The notes under the pieces are model-generated. The model ran no database searches and was not told the origin of the DNA. It saw only the letters and a list, made by a program, of their open reading frames with translations. This document shows positions 10,682 to 20,398 of a DNA stretch of 64,000 nucleotides, piece after piece; position 1 is the first letter of the stretch, and each line of letters opens with the position of its first letter. The position numbers and the translations under genes are program-made. The DNA lies in the NCBI GenBank assembly GCA_963798085.1, contig CAWCRS010000003.1, positions 224,001-288,000 of the forward strand. Direction: 5' to 3'. The stretch comes from an uncultured Gemmatimonadales bacterium (GTDB lineage Bacteria > Gemmatimonadota > Gemmatimonadetes > Longimicrobiales > RSA9).

Positions 10682-11386
10682 TCATCCGTTCAAGAACCGG
10701 TGCGTCACCCGCGATACATCACTGATGCGTGCGCCATCCCAGCGATAAATGAGGTAGTCCGACGGACGGGCGTTGCGCAGGAGGCGAGGGCGAAACACCG
10801 CGACACAGTGGCCGCTGCTGTGACGCACGCTGTCGTAGACGACGCCATTCGAGCCGGCTTCGCGCAGACTGCGTGCGAAGGCCTGCGACTGCGTGTAGTC
10901 ATCGGGATCGTAGAGTGCGGGCTGCAGCTCGCGCGCGCCGCGCAGGTCGTGGAGCGTGCCATCAATGTCGGCTTCCAGCATGCGCATCTCCAGGTCCATG
11001 GGCGGCTCTGCCGTGGCGGCCATGAAGCGCTCGCGGTGATGCACGGTTTCGCGCACGGCCGTCTCGCGCGTCTTCGCCGCGTACCACGCGCCGTGCAGCG
11101 CATCGGAAAAACGACCGCCTTCGGGCGGCACATGCGCGAAGGGCGCGAGGATGTAGCTCGAGCCGGGACCGCTCAGCCGATCGCGCGGCGCCAGCCCGCG
11201 CATCGCCCCGGCTGCCCGCAACCGTTCGTTAGTCAGCGATTCGATGGCCACTACGGCATCAATGTCCGCCGGGTCCGCAACCCGCGCGAACAGATCGAGC
11301 GGAGGAAAGCGGCTGGGCACGATGCGCACGCACGGTCGCCAGCGCACCCGTCGCACCGGCGGCAGAGCGGCGTCCGGTGCGTTCAC
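10682..11386 (-). CDS. RES-domain toxin (NAD+ phosphorylase family)
   Basis: GGRFSD..HGAWYAA..TAVRET..HR, SQAFAR.LR..GS.GVVYDSVRH..G.CVAVFRP; GTG start overlaps the antitoxin stop. Confidence 0.9.
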   Translation of the reverse strand: MNAPDAALPPVRRVRWRPCVRIVPSRFPPLDLFARVADPADIDAVVAIESLTNERLRAAGAMRGLAPRDRLSGPGSSYILAPFAHVPPEGGRFSDALHGAWYAAKTRETAVRETVHHRERFMAATAEPPMDLEMRMLEADIDGTLHDLRGARELQPALYDPDDYTQSQAFARSLREAGSNGVVYDSVRHSSGHCVAVFRPRLLRNARPSDYLIYRWDGARISDVSRVTHRFLNG

Positions 11387-11781
11387 GGCCAGCCCCCGCG
11401 CTGCGCGTCCAGATACTGCCGCACCACGTAAAGGTCCGACACGTTGCCGGACAGCATGCGCTCCAGCGCCGACCCGCCGGCAAAGGGTGTTGCCCGGTTG
11501 GCCCGCCGGATCCACGCATCGGCCCGCACCGGGTCCGGAAACAGGATCTGCAGCGCCTTGTAAATGCCGAACAGGTAGGACAGGCGTTCCAGCACATCGC
11601 GTGGCAACCGCTCCGGCGGGCGCTTTTTCCAGCCGAAAAAGGTCGAACGCGAAGGGGCTCCCAGCAGCGTCAGCTGTTCTTCCACGCTGAGCCGCCAGGC
11701 CTCCGCAATGCGGAAGAACGTGCGCAGCGCGGGCTCGGCCCAGTCGTGCTGGTCTGGCGTCGCCGGCTCTCGGATTCCCAT
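11383..11781 (-). CDS. Xre/MbcA/ParS-family antitoxin
   Basis: N-terminal HTH (W.LSVEEQ..LLG..SRSTFF.WK), ERLSYLFGIYKALQILFP, PFAG.SAL..M C-terminal domain. Confidence 0.9.
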   Translation of the reverse strand: MGIREPATPDQHDWAEPALRTFFRIAEAWRLSVEEQLTLLGAPSRSTFFGWKKRPPERLPRDVLERLSYLFGIYKALQILFPDPVRADAWIRRANRATPFAGGSALERMLSGNVSDLYVVRQYLDAQRGGWP

Positions 11782-11818
11782 CGTCGCACCCCGGATTCAG
11801 TACTCTGACATCTATCGT

Positions 11819-11834
11819 AGTACGAATTTGTACT
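11819..11834. promoter_or_regulatory. Putative operator palindrome (AGTAC-N6-GTACT) upstream of the Xre-RES pair
   Basis: Inverted repeat in an AT-richer patch about 40 bp upstream of the antitoxin ATG. Confidence 0.4.
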
Positions 11835-12064
11835 CCTTGCCAGCCTGCTGCATTGTGTGATGGGCAACATGACCGGGGCCGACGTGCGGCACGCGCAGGC
11901 TCGAACCGGCCGGTGGGCGTGAGCCGGACGCCCCGCGCCGTGGGTCTGGCGAACTGCCAGAATTCAGGCGAATCGCGGGAAAAAAGTACTGCCGCCGGGC
12001 GCATTGTTGCCGGTCGGGCGGAAGGCCGAGGGGCGTGACGTCAATATCTGTGCGCATTTACGGC

Positions 12065-12079
12065 GGGCACGGCCCTTGA
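12065..12079 (+). promoter_or_regulatory. Possible sigma54-type promoter (GGGCAC-N5-TTGA) upstream of minor pilin genes
   Basis: Near match to TGGCAC-N5-TTGC, about 40 bp before ATG 12121; two mismatches. Confidence 0.3.
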
Positions 12080-12120
12080 GTGTCGAACTGACAGATGCTC
12101 CCCATCCAGTTGAGGGACTG

Positions 12121-12804
12121 ATGCCGCCTGGCAAACCACAGATGGACCCACGGCGACCCACTCGTGTGGGCGCATCCGGCAAACGGGCAAATCGACCGGC
12201 TTCGTGCCGGCCAGCCCGTGGCCCGCGGTCCGCTGTGTTCTCCGGAGCCCGAGCCGGCCTGTCGGTCGTCGAGCTGGTCGTGGTGATGGTGCTGGCGGCC
12301 ATCATGATGAGCATTGCGATGCCCAGGCTCAATATCCGTCGCCTCAAGCTCGACACGGCCGCGCGCAGTGTGACCATGATCATGATGGGGGCGCAGCGCG
12401 CTGCCATCCAGCAGCAGCACAACGTGGTCGTGTCGTTCGACACGGTGCAGCGCATGCTGCGCGTGCATTACGACAAGAACAACAACAACACGATCGATGC
12501 GGGTGAGCGCATCATGCAGTACGAGGTGGGCGAGGGCGTGAAGTTCGGCCGCGCGGGTGCCACGGCACGCAGCACCGGCTCTGCTGCGGTCACCTTCACG
12601 CACCTGGAGGGTGCCTTCCCGGCGGTCACCTTCAGCCGCGCCGGCACGGCGAGCGAGATCGGCGGCTTCTATCTCAGTTCGACGAGTGCGGGCGTAGGCG
12701 GTGTGCCCAGCGATGCGCGCTCTCTGGAAGTCGAGCGCGCCACCGGCCGAACGGAGCGTTACCTCTGGAATCCACAGACCAGCACCTGGATCAGGGAATT
12801 CTGA
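12121..12804 (+). CDS. Type IV minor pilin, FimT/FimU/GspH-like
   Basis: Prepilin motif G|LSVVELVVVMVLAAIMMSIAMP; D.NNNNTID.GE and VTFSRAG motifs; start approximate. Confidence 0.85.
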   Translation: MPPGKPQMDPRRPTRVGASGKRANRPASCRPARGPRSAVFSGARAGLSVVELVVVMVLAAIMMSIAMPRLNIRRLKLDTAARSVTMIMMGAQRAAIQQQHNVVVSFDTVQRMLRVHYDKNNNNTIDAGERIMQYEVGEGVKFGRAGATARSTGSAAVTFTHLEGAFPAVTFSRAGTASEIGGFYLSSTSAGVGGVPSDARSLEVERATGRTERYLWNPQTSTWIREF

Positions 12805-12805
12805 T

Positions 12806-13192
12806 ATGCGCGCAAGGAATGGTTTCTCGCTGGTGGAAGTGGTCGTCGCGCTGGTGCTGCTGGCCGTGGCCATGATGGGGGCGCAGACGCTTGCGGCCAC
12901 CATGATCCGCACGGTCACGAAATCCAATGTGCAGGTGGCGGCGGCCCAGCTGGTCGAGGACCGCATCGACCGGATCCGCACGGATCCCGCGTTCGACTCA
13001 CTGACCACGAAGTACGCGGCCACGGAGGCGTCACTGCCGGGCTGGTCGCTGCTGCAGCGCGTCACGCAGGTCGTCCGCACGACCAGCGTCACCACAGCGG
13101 GCACAACAGACTATTACACAGTGACGGTGACCGTCTCCGGGCGCGGCCTCGCCGCGCCCATCAAGCGGACGATCATCATTGGTTCACCCTGA
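12806..13192 (+). CDS. Type IV minor pilin, PilV-like
   Basis: Prepilin motif G|FSLVEVVVALVLLAVAMMG; 128 aa. Confidence 0.85.
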   Translation: MRARNGFSLVEVVVALVLLAVAMMGAQTLAATMIRTVTKSNVQVAAAQLVEDRIDRIRTDPAFDSLTTKYAATEASLPGWSLLQRVTQVVRTTSVTTAGTTDYYTVTVTVSGRGLAAPIKRTIIIGSP

Positions 13193-13202
13193 CGGAGGAC
13201 GC

Positions 13203-14393
13203 ATGCCGTTCTCACTCCGACTCCGGGCCCGGCGAGGCTTCACGCTGCCGGAAATGCTGCTGGCCATGACGCTCTTCGGAACGCTCGTGGCTGTGACCCT
13301 CAAGGTCATGAACCAGCAGGTGCGCACCTTCTATAACGGTTCGGCCCAGGCCGACGCCGCGCAGTACCTGCGTTTCTCGATGAGTGTGCTGGACAAGCAC
13401 ATGTCGAACGTGGGTGCGGGTGTGCCGGCCGGCCAGCCGCAGCTGATCTACGCGGACACCAACGTCGTCGCCTTCAACGCCGACTGGGTCAGCAACATTC
13501 CCGGCGACCCGTTCTCGGTGAACGTGGACACGACCATGCCGGCTCCGTGGGTGGACGCGCTGACCAAGGCGAGGCGCTTCACACTGCCGGGCACGACGTG
13601 GGCGTATCCCGATACGACCTACTGGTCGGGCGGCGCCAACAGTCCCGCGGAAACGATCATTCTCTGGTTCGCGCCGGACGCGTCGACGCCGGCCACCAAC
13701 GACTACATCCTGTGGCGCCAGGTGAATGATCGCACGCCCGAGATGGTTGCGCGCAACCTGCTCAAGCCGACCACCGGCGACTTCTTCCGCTTCTACCGTC
13801 ACGTCACGCCCGTGTCCGGTTCCATGCGCATGGACACGGTGCCGCGCGCCTGGCTGCCGCTCCGCCACACCGCGCTCATTCACGGTTCCAACGCCGACAC
13901 GGCCATTGTTGCACGCGTGGACAGTGTGCGTGCCATCGAGGTCGGTTTCCGCACGTCCGACGGACAGCCCGCGCCGCTCACCCGCATCTGGGAACTGCGC
14001 CGCGTTGTGAACCTGCCCAACGCAGGCAAGGAAGTGAAGAGGACGTGCGGCGACGAGCCCATTCTGCAGGCCGGCGTGAACTTCGTCAGCAAGGACACGG
14101 CCGATGCCTCCGGCACGCACAATGTGATCCTGCGCTGGAACGCGTCCGTCGACGAGACTTCCGGCGAGAAGGACGTGGTGCGCTACGTCCTCTGGCGGGA
14201 CACGGTGGCGTTCGCGATGGGAACGCTGGGAGATCCGTACCTCAGCCTGGCATCGGGCAGCACCAACTACGAGTACCGCGATGGCGCCGTGCTCTCCGGC
14301 ACTGGTGGCAAGACGTATTACTACGCCCTGGCGGCGCAAGACTGCACGCCAACCCTCTCGAACCTGAAAACCACATCGGTGATCGTACCATGA
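13203..14393 (+). CDS. Type IV minor pilin, PilW-like, with C-terminal FN3-like domain
   Basis: G|FTLPEMLLAM; GGAGG RBS; C-terminal ILRWNAS..RYVLWR..YEYRD..YYYALAA pattern. Confidence 0.82.
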   Translation: MPFSLRLRARRGFTLPEMLLAMTLFGTLVAVTLKVMNQQVRTFYNGSAQADAAQYLRFSMSVLDKHMSNVGAGVPAGQPQLIYADTNVVAFNADWVSNIPGDPFSVNVDTTMPAPWVDALTKARRFTLPGTTWAYPDTTYWSGGANSPAETIILWFAPDASTPATNDYILWRQVNDRTPEMVARNLLKPTTGDFFRFYRHVTPVSGSMRMDTVPRAWLPLRHTALIHGSNADTAIVARVDSVRAIEVGFRTSDGQPAPLTRIWELRRVVNLPNAGKEVKRTCGDEPILQAGVNFVSKDTADASGTHNVILRWNASVDETSGEKDVVRYVLWRDTVAFAMGTLGDPYLSLASGSTNYEYRDGAVLSGTGGKTYYYALAAQDCTPTLSNLKTTSVIVP

Positions 14394-16180
14394 GCAAACG
14401 GAAGAAGTCAGTACCGGAGCTTCGTGGTGACCGCGAGGGATTCGCGCTCGCACTCGTTCTCATCATCGTGATGGCCGTGGCCGGAGTTGCCGCGGGTGCA
14501 TCCCTGCTCGGCTCCAGCTCGTTCGTCACGACGCTGCAGGAGGAGCGGCGAGGGCTCATGGTCGACGCCGCCAACGCCGGTCTCGAGCTGGGCCGCGCCA
14601 GAATCAACGGCAACAAGGCGCTCTATCCGGACTCGCTCTACAACACGCTGGAGAACGGCGCCTCCGTAACCAACGCGGACGGTACCACGGTCCCGGGGCT
14701 GCAGCGCTGGACGTACGTCGGGCCTACCGGCATCACGACGGGCCAGTACGGCGTGTTCGGCAGCGTGGTAACGATCGTGCAGGACGCCAACGGCGACCGC
14801 CTGATCCGGCGTCTCGAGGTCATGCAGGAGAGCTTCGCCAAGTTCGCCTACTTCACCGACATCGACTTCTCCGCCAACATCTGGTTCGGCGGCGGCGACG
14901 CCATCTTCGGACCCGTGCATTCCAACGACAGCATCGGCATTTACAGCACCGGCGCCACCTTCTACAAGAAGGTCTCCACCGCGCAGAAGATCGTGCAGAA
15001 GAACTACGGCACGTTCCTCGACGTGGTGGTGGAGCATGCGCCCCGAATCCCCATGCCGGTCACGGCCGATCTCAACAAGCTTCGCAACTATGCGATCGCC
15101 GGTGGCACGCGCATCGTGAGCAACACGACGGGCAGCATCGGCCAGGCCACCACTCGCATCGAATTCATGCCTGTGGACCTCGACGGCGATGGCCGCTTCG
15201 ATGGCCCTGACGAGGGGTTCTTCCGTGTGTACCAGGCGGCCGGCACCGCGGGCGCGCGCTGGATCGCGGCGGATACGGTGGGCGCAAATCTGCCCACCGA
15301 GAATTGTGGCGACTGGGACCATGTTGTGGCTGGTGTCCACGACCACCTGTTCCACACCGCGGCATCGCACGGAGCGTCGCCCCACACTGCCAACCAGAGC
15401 TTCAACCAGGCCAACAGCCGCTGTTATCTGGGCGGTCAGGACTCGCTGTTCAACGGGTTCGCTGCCACCGACACGCACGGCGGCTACGTTGCGTGGACGG
15501 GCACCGTCGACTCGCGTCTCGCGGGGCGCGCTGACAAGAACTACCTGTGGCCGCTCAGCCGCGCCATCAATCCCAACTTCAAGGGCGTCCTCTTCGTCGA
15601 TGGCAAGGTTGTGATCTCGGGCCTGCTGCGCGGCCGCATCACGCTGGCCGCCACTGATAATATCGTGATAGGCGACGACGTGAAGTACGTCACCGACCCC
15701 TCCGTGGGCTCCTGCGCGGATATCCTGGGCCTGTTCACCGCGACCGATGTCGTCATCGCGGACAACATGCTGAACGCGCCCTGGAAGCCGCCAGGCGTCG
15801 CCAATTACAAGGCATACGACGAAACCACCGACGAGTTCATCCACGGCGTGGTGCTGGCGCTCAGCAATTTCACGGTCGAGGATTACAACAGAGGTCCCAA
15901 CTCCTCGACCAGCCCGAACGTTGAGTCCTGCCAGACCACGGCCTGGGGCCGCGGCTGCCTGCGTCTTACCGGTGGCATCATTCAGCAGCAGCGCGGAGCG
16001 GTGGGTCTGGTGAGCGGCGAGGGTTATCTCAAGCGCTACTCCTACGACGCCTGCGCGGCCAGCGATCCGCCGCCGTACTTCCCGACAACGGGTCGCTTCA
16101 TTGCGAACCGCTACTTCGACATCGATCCGACCGGCTTCAACGTGGCCGCCTTCTACGCCTCGCTGACACCGGCGAGCTGA
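14390..16180 (+). CDS. PilX-like minor pilin with large C-terminal domain
   Basis: G|FALALVLIIVM without Glu5 (PilX/GspK hallmark); GPVHSND, GGIIQQQRGAVG..GY.KRYSYD..PPPYFP C-terminal region; ATGA overlap. Confidence 0.8.
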   Translation: MSKRKKSVPELRGDREGFALALVLIIVMAVAGVAAGASLLGSSSFVTTLQEERRGLMVDAANAGLELGRARINGNKALYPDSLYNTLENGASVTNADGTTVPGLQRWTYVGPTGITTGQYGVFGSVVTIVQDANGDRLIRRLEVMQESFAKFAYFTDIDFSANIWFGGGDAIFGPVHSNDSIGIYSTGATFYKKVSTAQKIVQKNYGTFLDVVVEHAPRIPMPVTADLNKLRNYAIAGGTRIVSNTTGSIGQATTRIEFMPVDLDGDGRFDGPDEGFFRVYQAAGTAGARWIAADTVGANLPTENCGDWDHVVAGVHDHLFHTAASHGASPHTANQSFNQANSRCYLGGQDSLFNGFAATDTHGGYVAWTGTVDSRLAGRADKNYLWPLSRAINPNFKGVLFVDGKVVISGLLRGRITLAATDNIVIGDDVKYVTDPSVGSCADILGLFTATDVVIADNMLNAPWKPPGVANYKAYDETTDEFIHGVVLALSNFTVEDYNRGPNSSTSPNVESCQTTAWGRGCLRLTGGIIQQQRGAVGLVSGEGYLKRYSYDACAASDPPPYFPTTGRFIANRYFDIDPTGFNVAAFYASLTPAS

Positions 16181-16201
16181 GCGACGCTCAAGCGCGACAG
16201 C

Positions 16202-16241
16202 AACGAAAGCGGGTGGTCCCCGGGGGCCACCCGCTTTCGTT
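16202..16241. terminator. Intrinsic terminator hairpin, possibly bidirectional
   Basis: AACGAAAGCGGGTGG...CCACCCGCTTTCGTT stem between convergent genes. Confidence 0.8.
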
Positions 16242-16433
16242 TCCCCCGACCGTCCTCGACGGTGCGCGCCGCCTTCCACTCTGTCCGCGTACGGCGCAAC
16301 TCGTCCCACCGGCAACCAGCAAAAGCGCGGCACGGGAGCGGGTCATGCCTCGCAATTCCATGGGACAGCACGCCGCATCACACGCATCGATCCACTGGTG
16401 GCGCCGCGCAGCGAGTGACGCCGTGAGCAGCTA

Positions 16434-18249
16434 TCAGCCACGCTTCGCGGCGGCCCGGCCCGCATCCAGCGCTGCGGCCGTGGCCTTCGCCTCGGCAACG
16501 ACTTCCTGCGGAAAACCGTACAGCTCCATCATGCGAATGGCGTTGTGCGTCGATGTGGGTCCCGGCCGGAATGCGATAGTCGAAGAGCAGACGGCTGTCT
16601 TCGACCGACTCGCGGAAATGGTGGAACTCCCACCGATCATCGAGCAGGTGCAGCAGCTCGAGATCGTGCGTCGCGGCCAGCACCGAATGGTCGCCAGCAG
16701 CCAGCCGTTCGAGCACGGCCCGCGACGCAGCCACGCGCTCCGTCGTATTCGTGCCGCGGAATATCTCGTCGATGACGAAGAGGTGCTGCGCCTCCCCCGC
16801 CGCCGCGCGCAGGAGTCCGTGCGCCAGTTCCAGCTCCACCGCGAAATAACTCTGCCCGCGCGCCAGATCATCGCCTCGACCGATCATGCTGCGCACGCGC
16901 AGGCACGGCGAGCGCCACGCCGCGGCCGTGCACGTGGCCACGGTCTGCGCCAGCACCGCGTTGACGGCAACGGCGCGCAGGAACGTGGTCTTGCCCGACA
17001 TGTTGGAGCCGGTGATGAGGATGCTGCGGCCTTCGATCGTGAAATCGTTGGCCACGGCGTTGTCCAGCAGCGGATGCACGAGCTGCTGGAAGGAGAGGCG
17101 TCGCCCGCGAACCGAGAGCAGGGGCTGGCACCAGCGCAGGCCCGGGGTGCTGCGCCACGAGCCAATGGCGGAGACGGCGTCGAGGAAACCCAGCGTTTCG
17201 AACACGGCCGCCAGATCCGCCCGCCTGTGCCGCACCGCCTCGACGCTGAAAGCGAAAGCGTTGACATCCAGCAATAACAGCATGTTAAGCCAGGCGTAGA
17301 TGCTGCCGATCAGGTCGTTGCCACGCAGCTCCACGGCCACGTAGCGGGCGGCGCGGGAGAGGCCCTGCAGGCGGGCGTTGTGCTGGCGCAGCCGCTCGAG
17401 CACCGGCTCCAGTACGGGGTCGCGCAGGCGGCTGATGGCGTCGGCCGCTGCGATCAGGCGGCGCAGCATGGTGAGCGGGCGGGTGACCGGCTGGATGCGG
17501 CGATGATAGCGGTACTGGATGCTCAGGTTGATGGCGGAAACGAGCAGCAGTCCGGCCAGACCGAATGTCGGTCGCACGAACGTCACCCCGGCCATGGCCA
17601 GCGCCAGCATGGAGAGCAGCGGGAACACGGCGCGGAAGCGGGGCGGGGGCGGCAGCTCGCTGGCGAAGAGATTGGGCAGGAAGCAGGCATCGAGCGTGTC
17701 CAGCGGCGCCAGCGCCTGCTGCACGCGCTGCCGGACCTCGGGGGCACCGGCCATGCGATCGGCGGCGGCCGAGCGTTCCTCTAACACACGGTTGGACGCG
17801 CTGGGCCGGCGCAACCAGCAGTACAGCGTCTGCTGGCCGATGGTGCTGGCGCAGCGATCGACCTCGGCGAACACAGCCTCCAGGTGCAGGTCCTCCCACG
17901 TGCGTGCGTCCAGTCGCGCCTCGGGTGCGGCCGGCAGCAGCTCATCGTAGATGCCGATGAAGGCTGGATCCCGCGTGCGCTCCCGCCGCACGCCCCAGGG
18001 GATGCGCGTGCGCCGGACGCCGCGCAGCCGGGCCAGCGCCGAAAGCAGTGAGTCCCGGGCGTCGCGGCCCATCCGAATGAGCAGCTGCACAATGCCGCCC
18101 GGGCGCCGCATCACATCCGGCAGCGCCCGCGGTGCGGCCACCGGCGGCGAGGCGCCGGCCTGTTCTGCTGCGTCCGCAGCATGCTTCGCCTCCACCCGCC
18201 CCCCCGCAGCGGCAGCTGGGGTCGTGTCCTTCATGGCTTCCGATTCCAT
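16434..18249 (-). CDS. Membrane-anchored MutS-related ATPase (domain V only); frameshift near 16570
   Basis: ITGSNMSGKTTFLR Walker A, SYFAVEL, IDEIFRGTN, ATHDLEL; C-terminus PGPTSTHNAIRMMELYGFP continues in another frame to 16434; hydrophobic hairpin in N-terminal half. Confidence 0.85.
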
Positions 18250-18386
18250 GCGCGCTGGCACCTCTCGAAGCGTCGTGCAGGCGACTTCCTTACACGCCGG
18301 TGACAAAGCATAACACTGCCCATCCCCCGTGGCTCGCGCGATCGTTGCGTTTCCGTCGGCGTTCGACCACCGTGTTGGAACACGGC

Positions 18387-18854
18387 GTGCGCTGGTCCGC
18401 TATCAGTCGACCAGCGCGCACGGCGCGCGCTCGCACGGAGGCCAACGGGTTCGGCATGTTTCTGTTTCTGGCGGCGCTGCTGGCGATCGGATCGCCTGCC
18501 CGACAGGGCGGGGTGGTTCACGGCCATATGCTGGCCGGCCCGCCCATCGCCGGTCTCTGGAATCGCCTCACGCTGCCCGACACCGATGACGGTGATTCCG
18601 CTTCTACGGTCCTGCGACTGGTTCGCTTTGCCGTGGTGGTGGAGCGCGAGCGCTTCATCGTCCGCGCCGTGTACCTCGGACCGGCTCCCCACAGTCACCA
18701 GCCGATTGCCAGCCTGCAGCGCGATGAGCGCGTCGACGCGCGCTGTCACCTCGCCGTGCTGCAGCATCTCGCCGTGCGCCCCGCCATGATGCTTGCGCAC
18801 AGCGGCGCCCGATCCTGCTCGGCCACCACCCTTCCTCCGCCATCCGTCATCTGA
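18387..18854 (+). CDS. Small hypothetical protein with hydrophobic N-terminus and C-terminal TTLPPP
   Basis: Co-oriented ORF ahead of the HAD operon; start uncertain (GTG 18387 or ATG 18456). Confidence 0.35.
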   Translation: MRWSAISRPARTARARTEANGFGMFLFLAALLAIGSPARQGGVVHGHMLAGPPIAGLWNRLTLPDTDDGDSASTVLRLVRFAVVVERERFIVRAVYLGPAPHSHQPIASLQRDERVDARCHLAVLQHLAVRPAMMLAHSGARSCSATTLPPPSVI

Positions 18855-18998
18855 TTCTGCGGCCCTGTGCCGTGGTGTCGGGGAACACCCGGCGCAACGG
18901 CGCGTGCGGCCGCGTCTCCAGGACAGCAGAAAGCGGTACCTGAAGTTCCCGGTTCGCGAGCGTCGCAACACGGTGTTTGGACTCTACGCCTGCGGGTG

Positions 18999-19679
18999 AT
19001 GGCGGAACCTGGCGTGATTCTCTTCGATTTTGGCGGCACTCTGGACGCCGATGGTGTGCGCTGGAGCCAGCGTTTCCACGCGGCGTACGCGGCGGAAGGC
19101 GGCAGCCTCAATGCCGTCGCCTTCGAACCCCTGTTCCGCAGGAGCGATGCGGAGCTGGCAGCAATGCCGGACACGCGCGCGCTGGGCTTCACCGGCCACG
19201 TACGCACGCAGGCGAGGCTGCTGGTGGATCTGCTGCCCGATGGCGGGCGCGTGGACGCAGCGCGGCTGGCGCAGGCGTTCCTCGATGAAGCGGCGTTCAC
19301 GATTGCGCGCAATCGCCGCGTGCTGGAACGGCTGGCGCGCACCCAGCGCCTGGGCGTCGTGTCCAACTTTACCGGCAATCTGGCGCGCTGCCTCGAGGAG
19401 CTCGGCCTCGGCGCGTGTTTCGAGGTAGTCGCGGATTCCGGGGTTGTGGGCTGGTCCAAGCCGGACGAGCGCCTCTTCCGCCACGCGCTCGACGCCATCG
19501 GCGTCGAGCCGGCGCGCGTCTGGATGGTCGGCGATAATCCGCAGAGCGACATCGCGCCCGCGCTGCACCTGGGCATGCGCGCCTGCTGGATTACGCCTGC
19601 GCATCGCAACGACAGATTGCCGGTCCCGCCTACGGCGCGCATCAGCATGCTCACCGAGCTGCCCGCGGTGGTGTTATGA
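18999..19679 (+). CDS. HAD-superfamily hydrolase
   Basis: ILFDFGGTLD, VVSNF, KPD..LF and MVGD...DI motifs. Confidence 0.9.
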   Translation: MAEPGVILFDFGGTLDADGVRWSQRFHAAYAAEGGSLNAVAFEPLFRRSDAELAAMPDTRALGFTGHVRTQARLLVDLLPDGGRVDAARLAQAFLDEAAFTIARNRRVLERLARTQRLGVVSNFTGNLARCLEELGLGACFEVVADSGVVGWSKPDERLFRHALDAIGVEPARVWMVGDNPQSDIAPALHLGMRACWITPAHRNDRLPVPPTARISMLTELPAVVL

Positions 19680-20398
19680 GCATGCACGGCCTGATCCTGG
19701 CGGGCGGCACCGGCTCGCGGCTGGCCGCCAATGGTGTGGCCGAGCCCAAACCCATGGTGCGCATCGGCGGCGTGCCGCAGGTCGTGCGCCTGGCCGACAC
19801 GCTCCACCATCTGGGCTGCGCTTCCGTGACCTGTCTGGTGCACGAGCAGTTCCCGCAGACCGCGGCCGCGCTGGAGACAGGGCTGTTCCCTGTTACTACG
19901 CTGTTCTGCAACACCCCCTCATCGCTGCACACGCTGGCGCTGGGACTCCAGGCAATAGCGCCGGGCCCCGTGCTCTGCACGCTGGTGGACACGGTGATGC
20001 CGTGGCCGGACTGGTCGCGCATGGCGAGCTCCGCGGCGCGCCAGCTGGCGAGGGGCGCGCAGCTGGTCATCGCCGTCACACGCTATGCAGGCGACGATGA
20101 TCGTCCGCTCTTCGTCGAACCGGGCCGGCCGCCACGCGTGCGCCGCATCACGGAACAGCCGGGCAGCACGCTGGTGACCGGCGGCGTGTACGCGCTGTCC
20201 GGCGTGGCGCGCACCGATGTTGCGACCGCGCTTGCGGACGGCCTGGTTCGCCTGCGTGCCTGGCTCATGCGCTTCGCCGCAGCACACGATGTCCGCGCTG
20301 TGATCGTGCCTCGCATCTTCAATGTCGACCGCCGCACGGATCTGGAAGCCGCCGAGGCGTGGTGGTCTTCCCTCGCACCATCCCGGAGCATCTCATGA
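19676..20398 (+). CDS. NTP transferase / nucleotidyltransferase family protein
   Basis: GLILAGGTGSRL...PKPMVRIGG motif; C-terminal NVDRRTDL. Confidence 0.88.
   Translation: MSMHGLILAGGTGSRLAANGVAEPKPMVRIGGVPQVVRLADTLHHLGCASVTCLVHEQFPQTAAALETGLFPVTTLFCNTPSSLHTLALGLQAIAPGPVLCTLVDTVMPWPDWSRMASSAARQLARGAQLVIAVTRYAGDDDRPLFVEPGRPPRVRRITEQPGSTLVTGGVYALSGVARTDVATALADGLVRLRAWLMRFAAAHDVRAVIVPRIFNVDRRTDLEAAEAWWSSLAPSRSIS

Noticed and set aside
12125..12230. c-di-GMP-I riboswitch-like GGCAAAC motifs near the pilin start
   Set aside because: Lacks the GNRA loop/receptor spacing and second stem; lies within the probable coding region
16560..16580. Programmed frameshifting in the MutS-like, SRPBCC, SBP56 and TIR genes
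   Set aside because: No shared slippery sites; scattered single-base indels are better explained by sequencing error
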